IMG/VR virus record: IMGVR_UViG_3300045970_000732
Coordinates: 1-52,857 of that record
Direction: 5' to 3' (one strand)
Length of the DNA stretch: 52,857 bases
DNA from: a virus
Lineage: Duplodnaviria; Caudoviricetes
Shown here in pieces: positions 1 through 8,692 of this stretch. Positions within the stretch are counted from its first letter, which is position 1, and every line of letters starts with the position of its first letter. The position numbers were made by a program, and so were the translations under genes. Below the pieces are notes generated by a model. The model was not told where the DNA came from, ran no database searches, and saw nothing but the letters and a program-made list of their open reading frames with translations.

Positions 1-164
1 GACTCAATCTCAGAAACGGGATAGACGCGCTCATTCGCGTTCTTGATCCCTCCTTGAATAAATATGCCTTTCATGTAAAGAGATTTTTTATTCCCTTCAC
101 CATCACTCTCAACCACCATACCAGCTTTGTCGAAAGTTAGATTTTCTCGTAAATAACTTGACAT
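1..164 (-). CDS. gp21: Prohead core protease (T4 gp21-like), 5' part only; runs off the window
   Basis: Not in the ORF track. Manual translation from ATG at 164 gives MSSYLRENLTFDKAGMVVESDGEGNKKSLYMKGIFIQGGIKNANERVYPVSEIE. The LYMKGIFIQ..KNANERVYP block matches the gp21 N-terminal motif. It lies downstream of the portal and has a TAATG overlap with the upstream ORF. Confidence 0.9.
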   Translation of the reverse strand, partial: MSSYLRENLTFDKAGMVVESDGEGNKKSLYMKGIFIQGGIKNANERVYPVSEIE

Positions 165-865
165 TATACTTTTCCTTTTGGACGGAATGACCATCCATTT
201 TTATTGTTCTTTGCCCAATTTTTGATGGTAGCATAGCTAACATCATAATCATGGCCGGCGATTGTTGGGGAATCATATTTCTTTCCAGTAGGATCAATAT
301 AATATCCAGCAAAGCTCGGATTTCTCTCTCCCGAATTCTTCTCGCTGTTTTTTAGCCTGGCTTCAGGGCTTTGAATTCTTCCTGCGCTTGATAAACCTAT
401 CAGTTTTCGTGTTTCGGTGGATGCCTTAGCACCACGACGACGGTCGCCAACTTTCGCCCCAAATCCAACTGGCTTCTTTACACCAGTCATTGCTGCTATT
501 CTGTTAGCTAGCCAGACTGGATCTTGAATAGATCCAACAGTCGTAAACTTTCCATCACCGTTATGTAGGTTATAGCTATTCGTATCTTGTTTGGCGTTAA
601 CCCGAGTTAGGTACCGGGCTTCAAGTTCTAGCATGTCTTTGGGTTCACCGATTGCAAGGATTTCTCGCTTCCATTCTGAAGGATTCTGTATAATAGCTGC
701 TTTTACTGTCCTACTGGAACAAAAATATCCATCTTCGGGGTGACTTCCGATGGCAGTACGAGACCCAACATACCATTTTCCGGATGGTATGTGTGTCCAA
801 CGATACACGAATGCTCTAGTTTTCACTAGAGACACTCTATCCTCATTCGCAAGATACAAAGCCAT
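164..865 (-). CDS. Free-standing GIY-YIG homing endonuclease (Seg-like) with NUMOD3-like C-terminal repeats
   Basis: AFVYRW..KWYVGS..GYFCSS..LELE catalytic domain followed by basic repeats (ASTETRKLIG, QSPEARLKNSEKNSGERNP). Start more likely the ATG at 865 (MALYL), just after the upstream stop, than 898. Confidence 0.85.
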   Translation of the reverse strand: MALYLANEDRVSLVKTRAFVYRWTHIPSGKWYVGSRTAIGSHPEDGYFCSSRTVKAAIIQNPSEWKREILAIGEPKDMLELEARYLTRVNAKQDTNSYNLHNGDGKFTTVGSIQDPVWLANRIAAMTGVKKPVGFGAKVGDRRRGAKASTETRKLIGLSSAGRIQSPEARLKNSEKNSGERNPSFAGYYIDPTGKKYDSPTIAGHDYDVSYATIKNWAKNNKNGWSFRPKGKV

Positions 866-872
866 TTCTATC

Positions 873-1718
873 TTACTTGCGTTTGCGTGATTCAACAACA
901 GACTTGTTGTTTACACCGGAGGCTTGACTCGTTGTTGGCTTTGGAGCCGCTTCCAAGTCTTGCTTCTTTTGTCCTGCAGCGTTTTTGTACGTGCCTGGGA
1001 TTTCTTTTGGAGCTGGAACTGTGCGTGTACCTGCTGCTGCGCCACCGGCAAAGTTAACTGCCTTAGCACCAGTAGCAACTACTTTTGGTTTCGTCAGTGC
1101 AGGGCTCTTGTTTTGAACGCCGTCATCACCGCCGATTTTCGAACCGTAGAGGCCCTTGACTGGCTGTAGTGCTGCTGATTCCATCATTGGCTCTTCTTCG
1201 TCGCCCATGTCGTCTCCACCGAAGTCGTCTCCACCTTCTTCACCACCGAATTCACCGCCCATGTCATCAGCGTCACCGTCTGGTGCTCCACCGAAGTCAT
1301 CAGCATCACCGTCGCCGCCTTCGGCTCCCATGATTTCTTCAAATTCAGCCATGAGTTCGTCGAGCTTGTCTTCCAGGCTTACAACGCGGTCTTCAAGACC
1401 TTCTTCACCAGCTTCTTCACCACCGAATTCGTCGCCGGCCATTTCGTCATCGCCGCCGAGTTCAATTTCTTGGCCTTCTTCGTCGCCCATGTCGTCACCG
1501 ATATCGAGGTCGTCATCTTCTTCGTTCATGCCGCTTTCTTCAGAACTGATTTCGTCCTGTAGATCACCGACTTGACCGGTCATGTCTTCCTCGTCCATCA
1601 TGGATTCATAGATTTCGCGGGATTTTTCCACAACTATGTCGTGGAAGAGGGCCTTAGCCTGATCAACATCTTCGTTGGTGATCAAGTTAATAAGTTGTTC
1701 AAATTTCTTGTTGTCCAT
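873..1718 (-). CDS. Highly acidic prohead core/scaffold-type protein
   Basis: 281 aa, D/E/G-rich with a coiled-coil segment (LEDRVVSLEDKLDELMAEFEE). Lies between portal and protease, with an AGGAG RBS and a TATAAATA upstream. Confidence 0.65.
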   Translation of the reverse strand: MDNKKFEQLINLITNEDVDQAKALFHDIVVEKSREIYESMMDEEDMTGQVGDLQDEISSEESGMNEEDDDLDIGDDMGDEEGQEIELGGDDEMAGDEFGGEEAGEEGLEDRVVSLEDKLDELMAEFEEIMGAEGGDGDADDFGGAPDGDADDMGGEFGGEEGGDDFGGDDMGDEEEPMMESAALQPVKGLYGSKIGGDDGVQNKSPALTKPKVVATGAKAVNFAGGAAAGTRTVPAPKEIPGTYKNAAGQKKQDLEAAPKPTTSQASGVNNKSVVESRKRK

Positions 1719-1755
1719 TGTTATCTCCTATAAGTAGAATGGCTTTCTCTGTAGT

Positions 1756-1763
1756 TATTTATA
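1756..1763 (-). promoter_or_regulatory. T4-type late promoter TATAAATA
   Basis: Exact gp55-dependent consensus 37 nt upstream of the 1718 start; a gp55 homolog is in the window. Confidence 0.8.
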
Positions 1764-1836
1764 GCATATGCCATAAAACTACTGAATAACTACTGATTTA
1801 TTGCGGTTTTGCTTAAACTATAAGCTTCGCGGAGAT

Positions 1837-2067
1837 TTAGAGTGACGGCATTGCGCCTTCTGGGGCTGGTTGTGCGTACTGTGTTTGAATTTTCTTGCGG
1901 TTTTGTGCTGTCTCATATTGGCGAACGTCCAGCATCTTACGGAGTTTTCTGATTTGTTTCAGTGTCAGCTTTGTCTTACGAGACTCTTTCCATTTTGGCT
2001 TGGAGTGATCACTACCAAGGTCTTGGTAGCCCTGAACTGGCTGATCATACATTTCAAAAAGTCGCAT
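1837..2067 (-). CDS. Small basic head-module protein (76 aa)
   Basis: MRLFEMYDQ...RKTKLTLKQIRKLRKM...; the ATG at 2067 sits 5 nt behind GATAAATA (2073-2080), immediately after the portal. Confidence 0.7.
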   Translation of the reverse strand: MRLFEMYDQPVQGYQDLGSDHSKPKWKESRKTKLTLKQIRKLRKMLDVRQYETAQNRKKIQTQYAQPAPEGAMPSL

Positions 2068-2072
2068 ATATC

Positions 2073-2080
2073 TATTTATC
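2073..2080 (-). promoter_or_regulatory. Late promoter variant GATAAATA
   Basis: TAAATA core 5 nt upstream of an ATG, in an intergenic gap. Confidence 0.6.
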
Positions 2081-2086
2081 TCCGAG

Positions 2087-3859
2087 TTACATTCCTGGAC
2101 CTGCCGGGGCGCCGCCGGGCATCGGAGCACCTTGTGCCGGGGTTCCTACTGGTGCGATAGACTCGGGACCTTGTGCGTTGGCATCTGGTGGGTTGTCCAT
2201 CTCCATACCCATCTCAGCATCAGCATCCATGTCACCAACAGACACGCCCACTGAGCGTAGGTCTGAGCCTTGTGGTACGTTTTCATCTTCTTTTTGATTT
2301 TCTTCGCGCCATGATTTTTCGTTCTCGGCGATTTCCTCTTTGGTCAGACCAAGGAAGCGTTCAAGCGCAAAGCGTTTGGAGATGTATGGATACGCCTCGA
2401 TTGTTGAAAATGTACCCACCCTGCTGGTGTCGAGTTCGGACTGGCGGTATGAAGCGAAGTTCTGTGGTGGGTTGAACTGTAGGGTGAACAGACCAGAGTC
2501 AATGTTCAGACCACGCCATCTTAGGAAGAGTTTGAACTCCTCGTCAAATTTCTGACTGATGTATTTCTGTAGGCGTTCACAGTATTGATTGAATCGGAAC
2601 TCTTGAATCATAGCAGTACCGACTTTGCCGTCACCCATGATGCGTTCGTTGTCATCGGGGCCAGTTGGTAGATAGCTGCTTGGAACTCGAAGACCACGGG
2701 CTAGCTTGTTGTTGAAGTAGCGCAAATCGTCAATCTCACCAAGGTTTTGACCACCTGGTAATGTTTCAACGCTGCTACCACGACCATCAGCAGTTGTTGG
2801 GAAGTAGTAATCTTCGTTCATGCTCATCGGATTGTATGTGGCGTCTGTGACCGACTGACCACCGAGTGACGATGGAATACGGCGTTGATGGACTTCGTTC
2901 TTAACTCGCTCCACGAATGCCATGGCCATGTGCGCCGGCATGTTGCCAACGTCAATCTTGAAAATTCTGCGTTCTGGGGCGCGTTGAACACGGTAGATCA
3001 GCACAGCGTCCTCAAGCAGTTCTTTTTGCTTGTAGACTTTGAAAATGTTTTCCAGGATTGACTGACCGAATGGCCAGAACCGGTCAAGACCTTCAGTAAG
3101 ACTTAGGTGAACTACGTGCTTGGCGTCAATGGCAGCTTCAGCGATACCAAGGGTGAAGCGAGAGCCTGATGTTGGGGAGTTAGGGACTGAGTAACCGCCA
3201 CCGGCCATGCCTGCTCCGGTTCCACCAGAGCCAGTTGCCGGGTTAGCTGCGAAGTCGTTGTTCGTTTTCTGTGCCACTGACAGATTTTCAAGGTTGATGT
3301 TCAGATCCTTGATGACGTATTGTTCTGGCTTCTTGCCTTCGCTCTCGTTTACTACGACCTTGATAACCTTGGTCATGTCGATCCAGTAGAGCTTGAAGTT
3401 TTCCGGGTCGCGGACGAAGCACTGGTCACCGTATTTCAAGGTGTTACGGAAGATTTTGAATGAGCGGGTGTCGAATTCGTTGAGCTTACACCACTGTTGG
3501 AGCTGCGTTTTCAGCAGTTCTACTTCGTGTGGAGTTGGATCTTCGGTGAATTCCAGTTCAAATGGGGTCTTGTTTTGTTCGTTTTTCTGAGTACAGAACT
3601 CAGCGATGATGTCAAGACATGCGTTGATTTCAGCATCAACATCCATCATTTCATAGGAGTTATAGCGCTCAATACGGTTTGGATGACCGACATATACCTC
3701 TGGTAGCTTGCTGGCATAGTTGTTATAACCGAACGAGTCAAGCGAAGTTGTCTTTTGCTTTTCGTTGTTGTTCCATGACCCTCGATTGCTATTGGCACCG
3801 GAGATTGGACTCATCTGGCCCGAAGTGTTTGGTGAGGAGAATCGTTTAGTGTAGGTCAT
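2087..3859 (-). CDS. gp20: Portal vertex protein (T4 gp20-like)
   Basis: Hallmark motifs LLEDAVLIYRVQRAPERRIFKIDVGNMP, EDYYFP..GRGSSVETLPGGQNLGEIDDLRYF. Start reassigned to ATG 3859 (MTYTKRF), behind a late promoter and clear of the upstream ORF. Confidence 0.95.
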   Translation of the reverse strand: MTYTKRFSSPNTSGQMSPISGANSNRGSWNNNEKQKTTSLDSFGYNNYASKLPEVYVGHPNRIERYNSYEMMDVDAEINACLDIIAEFCTQKNEQNKTPFELEFTEDPTPHEVELLKTQLQQWCKLNEFDTRSFKIFRNTLKYGDQCFVRDPENFKLYWIDMTKVIKVVVNESEGKKPEQYVIKDLNINLENLSVAQKTNNDFAANPATGSGGTGAGMAGGGYSVPNSPTSGSRFTLGIAEAAIDAKHVVHLSLTEGLDRFWPFGQSILENIFKVYKQKELLEDAVLIYRVQRAPERRIFKIDVGNMPAHMAMAFVERVKNEVHQRRIPSSLGGQSVTDATYNPMSMNEDYYFPTTADGRGSSVETLPGGQNLGEIDDLRYFNNKLARGLRVPSSYLPTGPDDNERIMGDGKVGTAMIQEFRFNQYCERLQKYISQKFDEEFKLFLRWRGLNIDSGLFTLQFNPPQNFASYRQSELDTSRVGTFSTIEAYPYISKRFALERFLGLTKEEIAENEKSWREENQKEDENVPQGSDLRSVGVSVGDMDADAEMGMEMDNPPDANAQGPESIAPVGTPAQGAPMPGGAPAGPGM

Positions 3860-3863
3860 TGTG

Positions 3864-3871
3864 TATTTATC
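3864..3871 (-). promoter_or_regulatory. Late promoter variant GATAAATA (portal)
   Basis: TAAATA core 4 nt upstream of the portal ATG. Confidence 0.65.
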
Positions 3872-3872
3872 G

Positions 3873-6773
3873 TTAGGCCATAGATTGTTGGTAAATTTCA
3901 CGCTGTAAATCGTTTGTTGCCTGAACGGTATCGTGTATTTTCTCAAGCGTTGATAACATGGCCATTACAGCCTTGTCAGATATTGGTGCTGCGGCATTCT
4001 GCACCTTCTTTTCATCTGGTGTTGCAGCTCCAGTACCACTGGGTTTTTGTGCTTGGGAAGGCGGTGGTGTCGGTGGCCATGGCACAGTCGTCACCGGTGA
4101 AGTAGCAGTTGGTGCTACTACAGGTGCTACTGGGGTTTGCGGCGTTTGTGACATGATCACTCCAGGGGACGGCGCTGGCATTGTTTTCGTTGCCTCCTCC
4201 TGAGTCATAGGTCGTCTAATTGGCTCGGTGTGAAGGTGGCCTCCGGTGCCACCTTCCGATAGTTTATACCACTCATTCAGTACAATCCTGTAACCGTTTG
4301 CTTCAGCCACTTTCTTCATGTCCGCTTCGAATTGGTCAATAACTCTCTTTTGAGCATCAGATAGAGCATTCTTACCCTTTTTGATATCTTCTAGTGTAGG
4401 TTTAGCTACTCCATTAGCAGCCCACATTTCATCAGTGATAGCCAGATCAACAGCCCCTCGTTTATGTGGATCGTTTTCGCCCTGATGTCCCTTGAAAGTA
4501 GCGGAATCATCCATTGCGGTAACTTTACCCGAGAATCCAGAAGATCCTAATGCTTGGAGAAACGTATTCTCCAACGGTGTGATTGCACCACTGCCAGCGT
4601 TCTCACCAACAACGAATTTACCAGTACCCGGTAATGGACCTGGGATGGGTGGATTCAACGATAGTATGTTTTGCTCAGTCTTTTTCCGTTCATCGGCTTG
4701 AGAGAGTAATGCCCTATCCGCTGTTAATTTAGCCTCTTCAGCCACCTTTTTGTCCTGGTCGAGTTGCGCCTTCAGTATATCATACTGTCCTTGTAGTAAT
4801 TTCGTGTTCTTTTCCTGCAGTTCCGCCATTTTTTTATTGATTTCAAGGGCCTCTTGATCAGTTCGTTCAGCAAAGCCTTTTTTATTCATGCCATTCTTTT
4901 CTCTGAACTCGGTAATTGCTGCACGGCCTCTAGCCTCTATGTCATTGTATCTTGCTTGCTCAACTGCGGTCTCATGCGATTGCGCATTGGGGTTCTTTCG
5001 CTTTTTAGATGATTCGAGTCGGGCCTTTTCTTCTTCAAGCTTTTCAATTCTAATTTTGTCTGCTGCCATACCATTGAATCCTTGCGTGGCATGCATGCCC
5101 ATCAAGCTTGATGTGGTAGGTTTCTTTATTTCAGCAATTTCGGCGTTGACTTTCTGTATCTTTGCGTTTAGTGATTCCTCAGTCGAGAACATGTCCATGA
5201 TGTCCTGACCTGCTTTATCAGCCCCCGGGAACCACAATGATTTTACCAATTTACCCATGGTGTATCCAAAGCTTTGCATACCTTCCATCAACATCGTAAA
5301 TGCATTGGTGACAGGACCAGATAACATATTGGCAAATGCATCCATAGCCTGATGTGCTGCCAGTTCAACAGCATTCATCTTAGTGAGGGCTTTCACACGG
5401 GCATCGTCTTCTGATTTACCAGACATTTGCAGAGCGATCAGATTTCTGTTGCGTGTTGCTGCCTCCTCGAAGCTCAGTCGCTGGTTTTGTACTACAGCAT
5501 TCTGCATAAGTTGTAGGTTACCAGCAAATATCTCTCCTGCTCCCTCAGGCATCATCAATCTGACGGTTTCAAATAGCTTGGATATAACTGCCTCTTGTCT
5601 TTTACCAGCGTCTGCTATGTTTCCGATGTTGTCGTACCCCTTCAACACCCGCATCGTAGCACGCATTATTATGTTACCGGTTGTTGCTGTGTAGTCGGTC
5701 AGTAATTTACCATCATTTGCAAGAGACAGCAACATAGACCCGAATTCCTTACTATTAGCCCCTAACAATCGTCCCAGTTCACTAGTTGCCATCAATCGGG
5801 TATTCTGTTCAGCTTCCATACTGGCAACGTTTTTTGCAGCAAGCTTCTTACGATCTTCATCATACTTACCTGTTTCGTCGGCTGCTACTGCTCTTTCGGC
5901 GTCTATTTTTCTTGCTATCTTTGCGTTTGCAGTTTGCCATGCCAAATGCCCTGCTGCTGCCTCTTGTCCCTGCCGAAGCTGATCACTGTTCATACCAGTT
6001 AGTGTTTGTAGCTCTATCATAGCATCAATATACTTCAACGATTGAATACGCAGCGCCTCGGGAGTCTTGGCAAGTGACATGCTGCTTGTCACCATTGTCT
6101 TTACGAAATCTGTTTGCGCTCCGGTAACCTTCTCCTGAGACCATCCAAGACGCATGTACTGGTCACGCTGGTCCTGAGTCAGAGAAATCATTCCGGTGAA
6201 AGTGGCAAGTCCCTCCTGCAGAGTATCACCAAGACCACGTAGGTTGGTGTTTAGTCTGCCGGCATTTTTAGTTATGATGTCTATGTTGCCAGAAAAATAA
6301 CCCGCTTTGAGGGTCATTTCGAGTAATTTGCCTGTGGTCAGTCCAACACTACCACCAAAATCACCCATGTCAGTGAAGGCTTTTATCAGGGCATCATTTT
6401 GTTTCAGAACAAGATCAGTGGAGATACTGATTGCTTTCGCCAGCAACGCAAGTGGGACACCAATGGCCATAAGAGGGCCCTTGAGCATCATAGCAAGCCC
6501 ACCTAGGGCATCAGCAGCACCTGACACCGACGATGAATATTTGTTCATCGTGCTGTTGGTGTTCATCACCGTTGTGCCTAATGTTGACACTGCCTTAGAA
6601 GCGTCACCAGAGGCCTTACCAAGGGCAGCCGTTCTAGCGGCATCTCTGGCTGCATCGGCAGCTTTCGCAGCGCCTGCTGCCTCTCGGGCGCCGGCCTCTA
6701 TTTGACCAGCTTCGGCGAGGTGCGCGAATGCCTCAATTAGCTGTTCTGTTCCGAGTATGGCTGCTGCTGACAT
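3873..6773 (-). CDS. Tape-measure-like / baseplate hub protein with a C-terminal putative Zn-peptidase domain
   Basis: 966 aa, Ala/Gly/Met-rich helical body with coiled coils. Late domain has DPHKRGAVD...GGHLH; Pro/Thr-rich linker; C-terminal helix. Adjacent to the gp26-like gene. Confidence 0.6.
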   Translation of the reverse strand: MSAAAILGTEQLIEAFAHLAEAGQIEAGAREAAGAAKAADAARDAARTAALGKASGDASKAVSTLGTTVMNTNSTMNKYSSSVSGAADALGGLAMMLKGPLMAIGVPLALLAKAISISTDLVLKQNDALIKAFTDMGDFGGSVGLTTGKLLEMTLKAGYFSGNIDIITKNAGRLNTNLRGLGDTLQEGLATFTGMISLTQDQRDQYMRLGWSQEKVTGAQTDFVKTMVTSSMSLAKTPEALRIQSLKYIDAMIELQTLTGMNSDQLRQGQEAAAGHLAWQTANAKIARKIDAERAVAADETGKYDEDRKKLAAKNVASMEAEQNTRLMATSELGRLLGANSKEFGSMLLSLANDGKLLTDYTATTGNIIMRATMRVLKGYDNIGNIADAGKRQEAVISKLFETVRLMMPEGAGEIFAGNLQLMQNAVVQNQRLSFEEAATRNRNLIALQMSGKSEDDARVKALTKMNAVELAAHQAMDAFANMLSGPVTNAFTMLMEGMQSFGYTMGKLVKSLWFPGADKAGQDIMDMFSTEESLNAKIQKVNAEIAEIKKPTTSSLMGMHATQGFNGMAADKIRIEKLEEEKARLESSKKRKNPNAQSHETAVEQARYNDIEARGRAAITEFREKNGMNKKGFAERTDQEALEINKKMAELQEKNTKLLQGQYDILKAQLDQDKKVAEEAKLTADRALLSQADERKKTEQNILSLNPPIPGPLPGTGKFVVGENAGSGAITPLENTFLQALGSSGFSGKVTAMDDSATFKGHQGENDPHKRGAVDLAITDEMWAANGVAKPTLEDIKKGKNALSDAQKRVIDQFEADMKKVAEANGYRIVLNEWYKLSEGGTGGHLHTEPIRRPMTQEEATKTMPAPSPGVIMSQTPQTPVAPVVAPTATSPVTTVPWPPTPPPSQAQKPSGTGAATPDEKKVQNAAAPISDKAVMAMLSTLEKIHDTVQATNDLQREIYQQSMA

Positions 6774-6796
6774 TATTATTTCCCCATTTTTACACT

Positions 6797-6819
6797 ACTA
6801 AATAGTTTATGTATTTAGC
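6797..6819. promoter_or_regulatory. Pair of oppositely oriented late promoters (ACTAAATA +, 6797-6804; GCTAAATA -, 6812-6819)
   Basis: Two TAAATA cores in the 78-nt gap between divergent structural genes. Confidence 0.6.
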
Positions 6820-6851
6820 ATCGGCCCACGATGCCCCATAAAGGAAAACCA

Positions 6852-7679
6852 ATGATTGAGAATAACCCCCTGAAACAATATTTTCGCCACCCGGCGATTT
6901 ACCTGCGTCTACCAAGTCTAGGCGAGGGGTACGCAAGTGATGTTGTGGAACTACCGACTAACGGTGAGCTTCCTGTTTATCCAATGACCGCGCTTGACGA
7001 CATCGCCACGAAAACACCCGACGGACTGTTCAATGGATCGTCAGTTGTTCATATCATCAAGAGTTGCATCCCCGGTATCAAGGACCCTTGGAAGATTACA
7101 AGCGTTGATATCGATGCTGTTCTTGTTGCGATCCGGATCGCATCTAACGGAGACTCCATGGAGATATCATCTACTTGCCCGGCATGTGGTGAGGGTGAAA
7201 CATACATGGTGAAGCTCCCAGCGATTCTGGCACAAATCAAACCCGGAAATTTCACAACTGAATTTCCAGTCAATGATCTTATGATACAGTTCAAACCGCT
7301 TACCTACAAGGAAATGACCGAGGTTAGTATAGAACAAATGGACCTTCAGAGACTACTAGTTTCCATATCAAATATGGAAGATGTGACTGAAAGGGCCAAA
7401 AAGAGCAAAGAAGCGCTGGACGGTATAACCAAAATGACGATGCGTATCATAACAAAAACCATCGCTCATATCAGGACGCCGGCAGCCTTTGTTGACCAAG
7501 TTGATTTCATCAGTGAATTTTTACAAAACTGTGACAAGAAAACCTTTGAACAGATAAAGGACCATGCTACCGGTCTGAAGTCGATGTCAGAAATCAAACC
7601 AATTCATATCGTGTGTGATTCATGTAAACACGAATACGACCAACCATTCTCTGTTGACGCCGGCTCTTTTTTCGGCTAA
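6852..7679 (+). CDS. gp26: Baseplate hub / tail assembly protein (T4 gp26-like)
   Basis: NPLKQYFR.P.IY..LPS, PMTA.D, two CxxC pairs (CPAC, CDSC), ends ...SFFG. AAGGA RBS before ATG 6852. Confidence 0.75.
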   Translation: MIENNPLKQYFRHPAIYLRLPSLGEGYASDVVELPTNGELPVYPMTALDDIATKTPDGLFNGSSVVHIIKSCIPGIKDPWKITSVDIDAVLVAIRIASNGDSMEISSTCPACGEGETYMVKLPAILAQIKPGNFTTEFPVNDLMIQFKPLTYKEMTEVSIEQMDLQRLLVSISNMEDVTERAKKSKEALDGITKMTMRIITKTIAHIRTPAAFVDQVDFISEFLQNCDKKTFEQIKDHATGLKSMSEIKPIHIVCDSCKHEYDQPFSVDAGSFFG

Positions 7680-7726
7680 AGCTTTTACACCTTGACCATG
7701 AGGGTGTTCAAAAGCTGTTAGATGGA

Positions 7727-7903
7727 ATGGAAGCTGAGTGTAAAGCGATAAAGAAAAGCGCACTCAGTTTATCATGGTATATGCGCGGTGGTGCTCCGTA
7801 CGCAGACGTAATGAACATGTCTAGTGAGGAACGGGTTCTCATCACTGAAATCATCACCTCTAATCTCGAAACCACAAAGACCTCAAAACTACCGTTTTTC
7901 TAA
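7727..7903 (+). CDS. gp51-like baseplate hub assembly protein (58 aa; possibly made as a -1 frameshift extension of the gp26-like ORF)
   Basis: Not in the ORF track (<60 aa). MEAECKAIKKSALSLSWYMRGGAPYADVMNMSSEERVLITEIITSNLETTKTSKLPFF. The frame is open upstream through the end of the previous gene. Confidence 0.75.
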   Translation: MEAECKAIKKSALSLSWYMRGGAPYADVMNMSSEERVLITEIITSNLETTKTSKLPFF

Positions 7904-7969
7904 GTAGTTTTTATCAACCAAATGATGGTTACCCAGGTCGTGGTATGTCATTTATTCTGTTTTCTCTCT

Positions 7970-8692
7970 TAGTGCTGGCTTTCGCCAGCAAGACCATCGC
8001 TACGCTCGGTCTTTATTCTTTTTTATTCTGATGATAAGAGCAGATAATTGGGTTGTTATTAGTTGTTTACAGCCCCATCATGTTTCGGGAGTCCATGGTA
8101 GTGCTTATGCAAGCACTACCAAGGGGAAAGAATTCATGTTCCAATCGCCGTTGTTGTCTCTATCCCAAGTGATTGAGCGTCTATCATCACTTGCCACCGG
8201 TTGCTCTGTAAAGTTTTTATGGATCTGTAGTGACTACTAGCCGATGCCCCGCATCCACACCATATAGATGTGGTAGCTACACCAACCTTCGCCGCAACGC
8301 ACGTCCCACAGATTCAAGACAAAGTAGAGTTCTCTGTGGACTCGTTCAAGGTTCACCTGCCAGTGAGAGCCTTGTCGGTATTCCTAGCGCCTTATTTGTA
8401 TGGTGTCTCTCGACGGGCCATACGGACAATGAGTTAGTCTCGGACGCAAACCACCCCGGTGGTTACTACGCCTACAGTCTGCTCATCGGCACTAGCTATA
8501 CTCCAGAATCTGACGGCACAGCACAACCTGTACAACCTCAAGGAGAATCCCCATATGGGATCAACGGCGATAATACTGAACGAGATGGTCTCTGGTGTTT
8601 GGCGACAGGTTAGTGTCTAAAATTTGGCGACGGGCTAGCGTCTTGATATTTGGCGACAGGTTAGTGTCTTGATGTAATATGAGATGGTCTCT
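7970..8692 (-). ncRNA. Candidate large structured non-coding RNA (unassigned family)
   Basis: No credible ORF. TATAAATA at 8697-8704 points into it. Long-range stems 8144-8153/8562-8571 and 8199-8209/8518-8528. Local hairpins at 8096-8121, 8166-8193, 8305-8339, 8449-8464 and 7973-7990. Ends are estimates. Confidence 0.6.
7973..8027. terminator. Twin hairpins plus T-rich tract: likely terminator for the + transcript and/or 3' end of the - strand RNA
   Basis: TGCTGGC-TTTC-GCCAGCA (7 bp; GAAA loop on the minus strand), then AGACC..GGTCT, then TTATTCTTTTTTATT. Confidence 0.5.

Noticed and set aside
3860-3946. Longer N-termini from the ORF track (portal 3946; also 898, 2130, 6831, 13330, 14385, 50984)
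   Set aside because: They overlap upstream genes or promoters, or lack an RBS; downstream ATGs fit RBS, promoter or coupling signals better.
924-6705. Many plus-strand ORFs antisense to the head and tape-measure genes
   Set aside because: Shadow frames of real genes with biased codon usage; low-complexity translations with no motifs.
8031-8613. Plus-strand ORFs 8031-8240 and 8230-8613
   Set aside because: No RBS, atypical Ser/Cys/Pro-rich composition, and they lie beyond a likely terminator and antisense to the promoter-bearing structured interval.
7970-8692. Assignment as group I/II intron, RNase P RNA, tmRNA, tRNA or hammerhead
   Set aside because: No interrupted gene flanks it. I could not find complete P7, domain V, RNase P or tRNA-like signatures by eye, and CTGATGA at 8028 lacks a following stem and GAAA. 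A covariance search is still needed.
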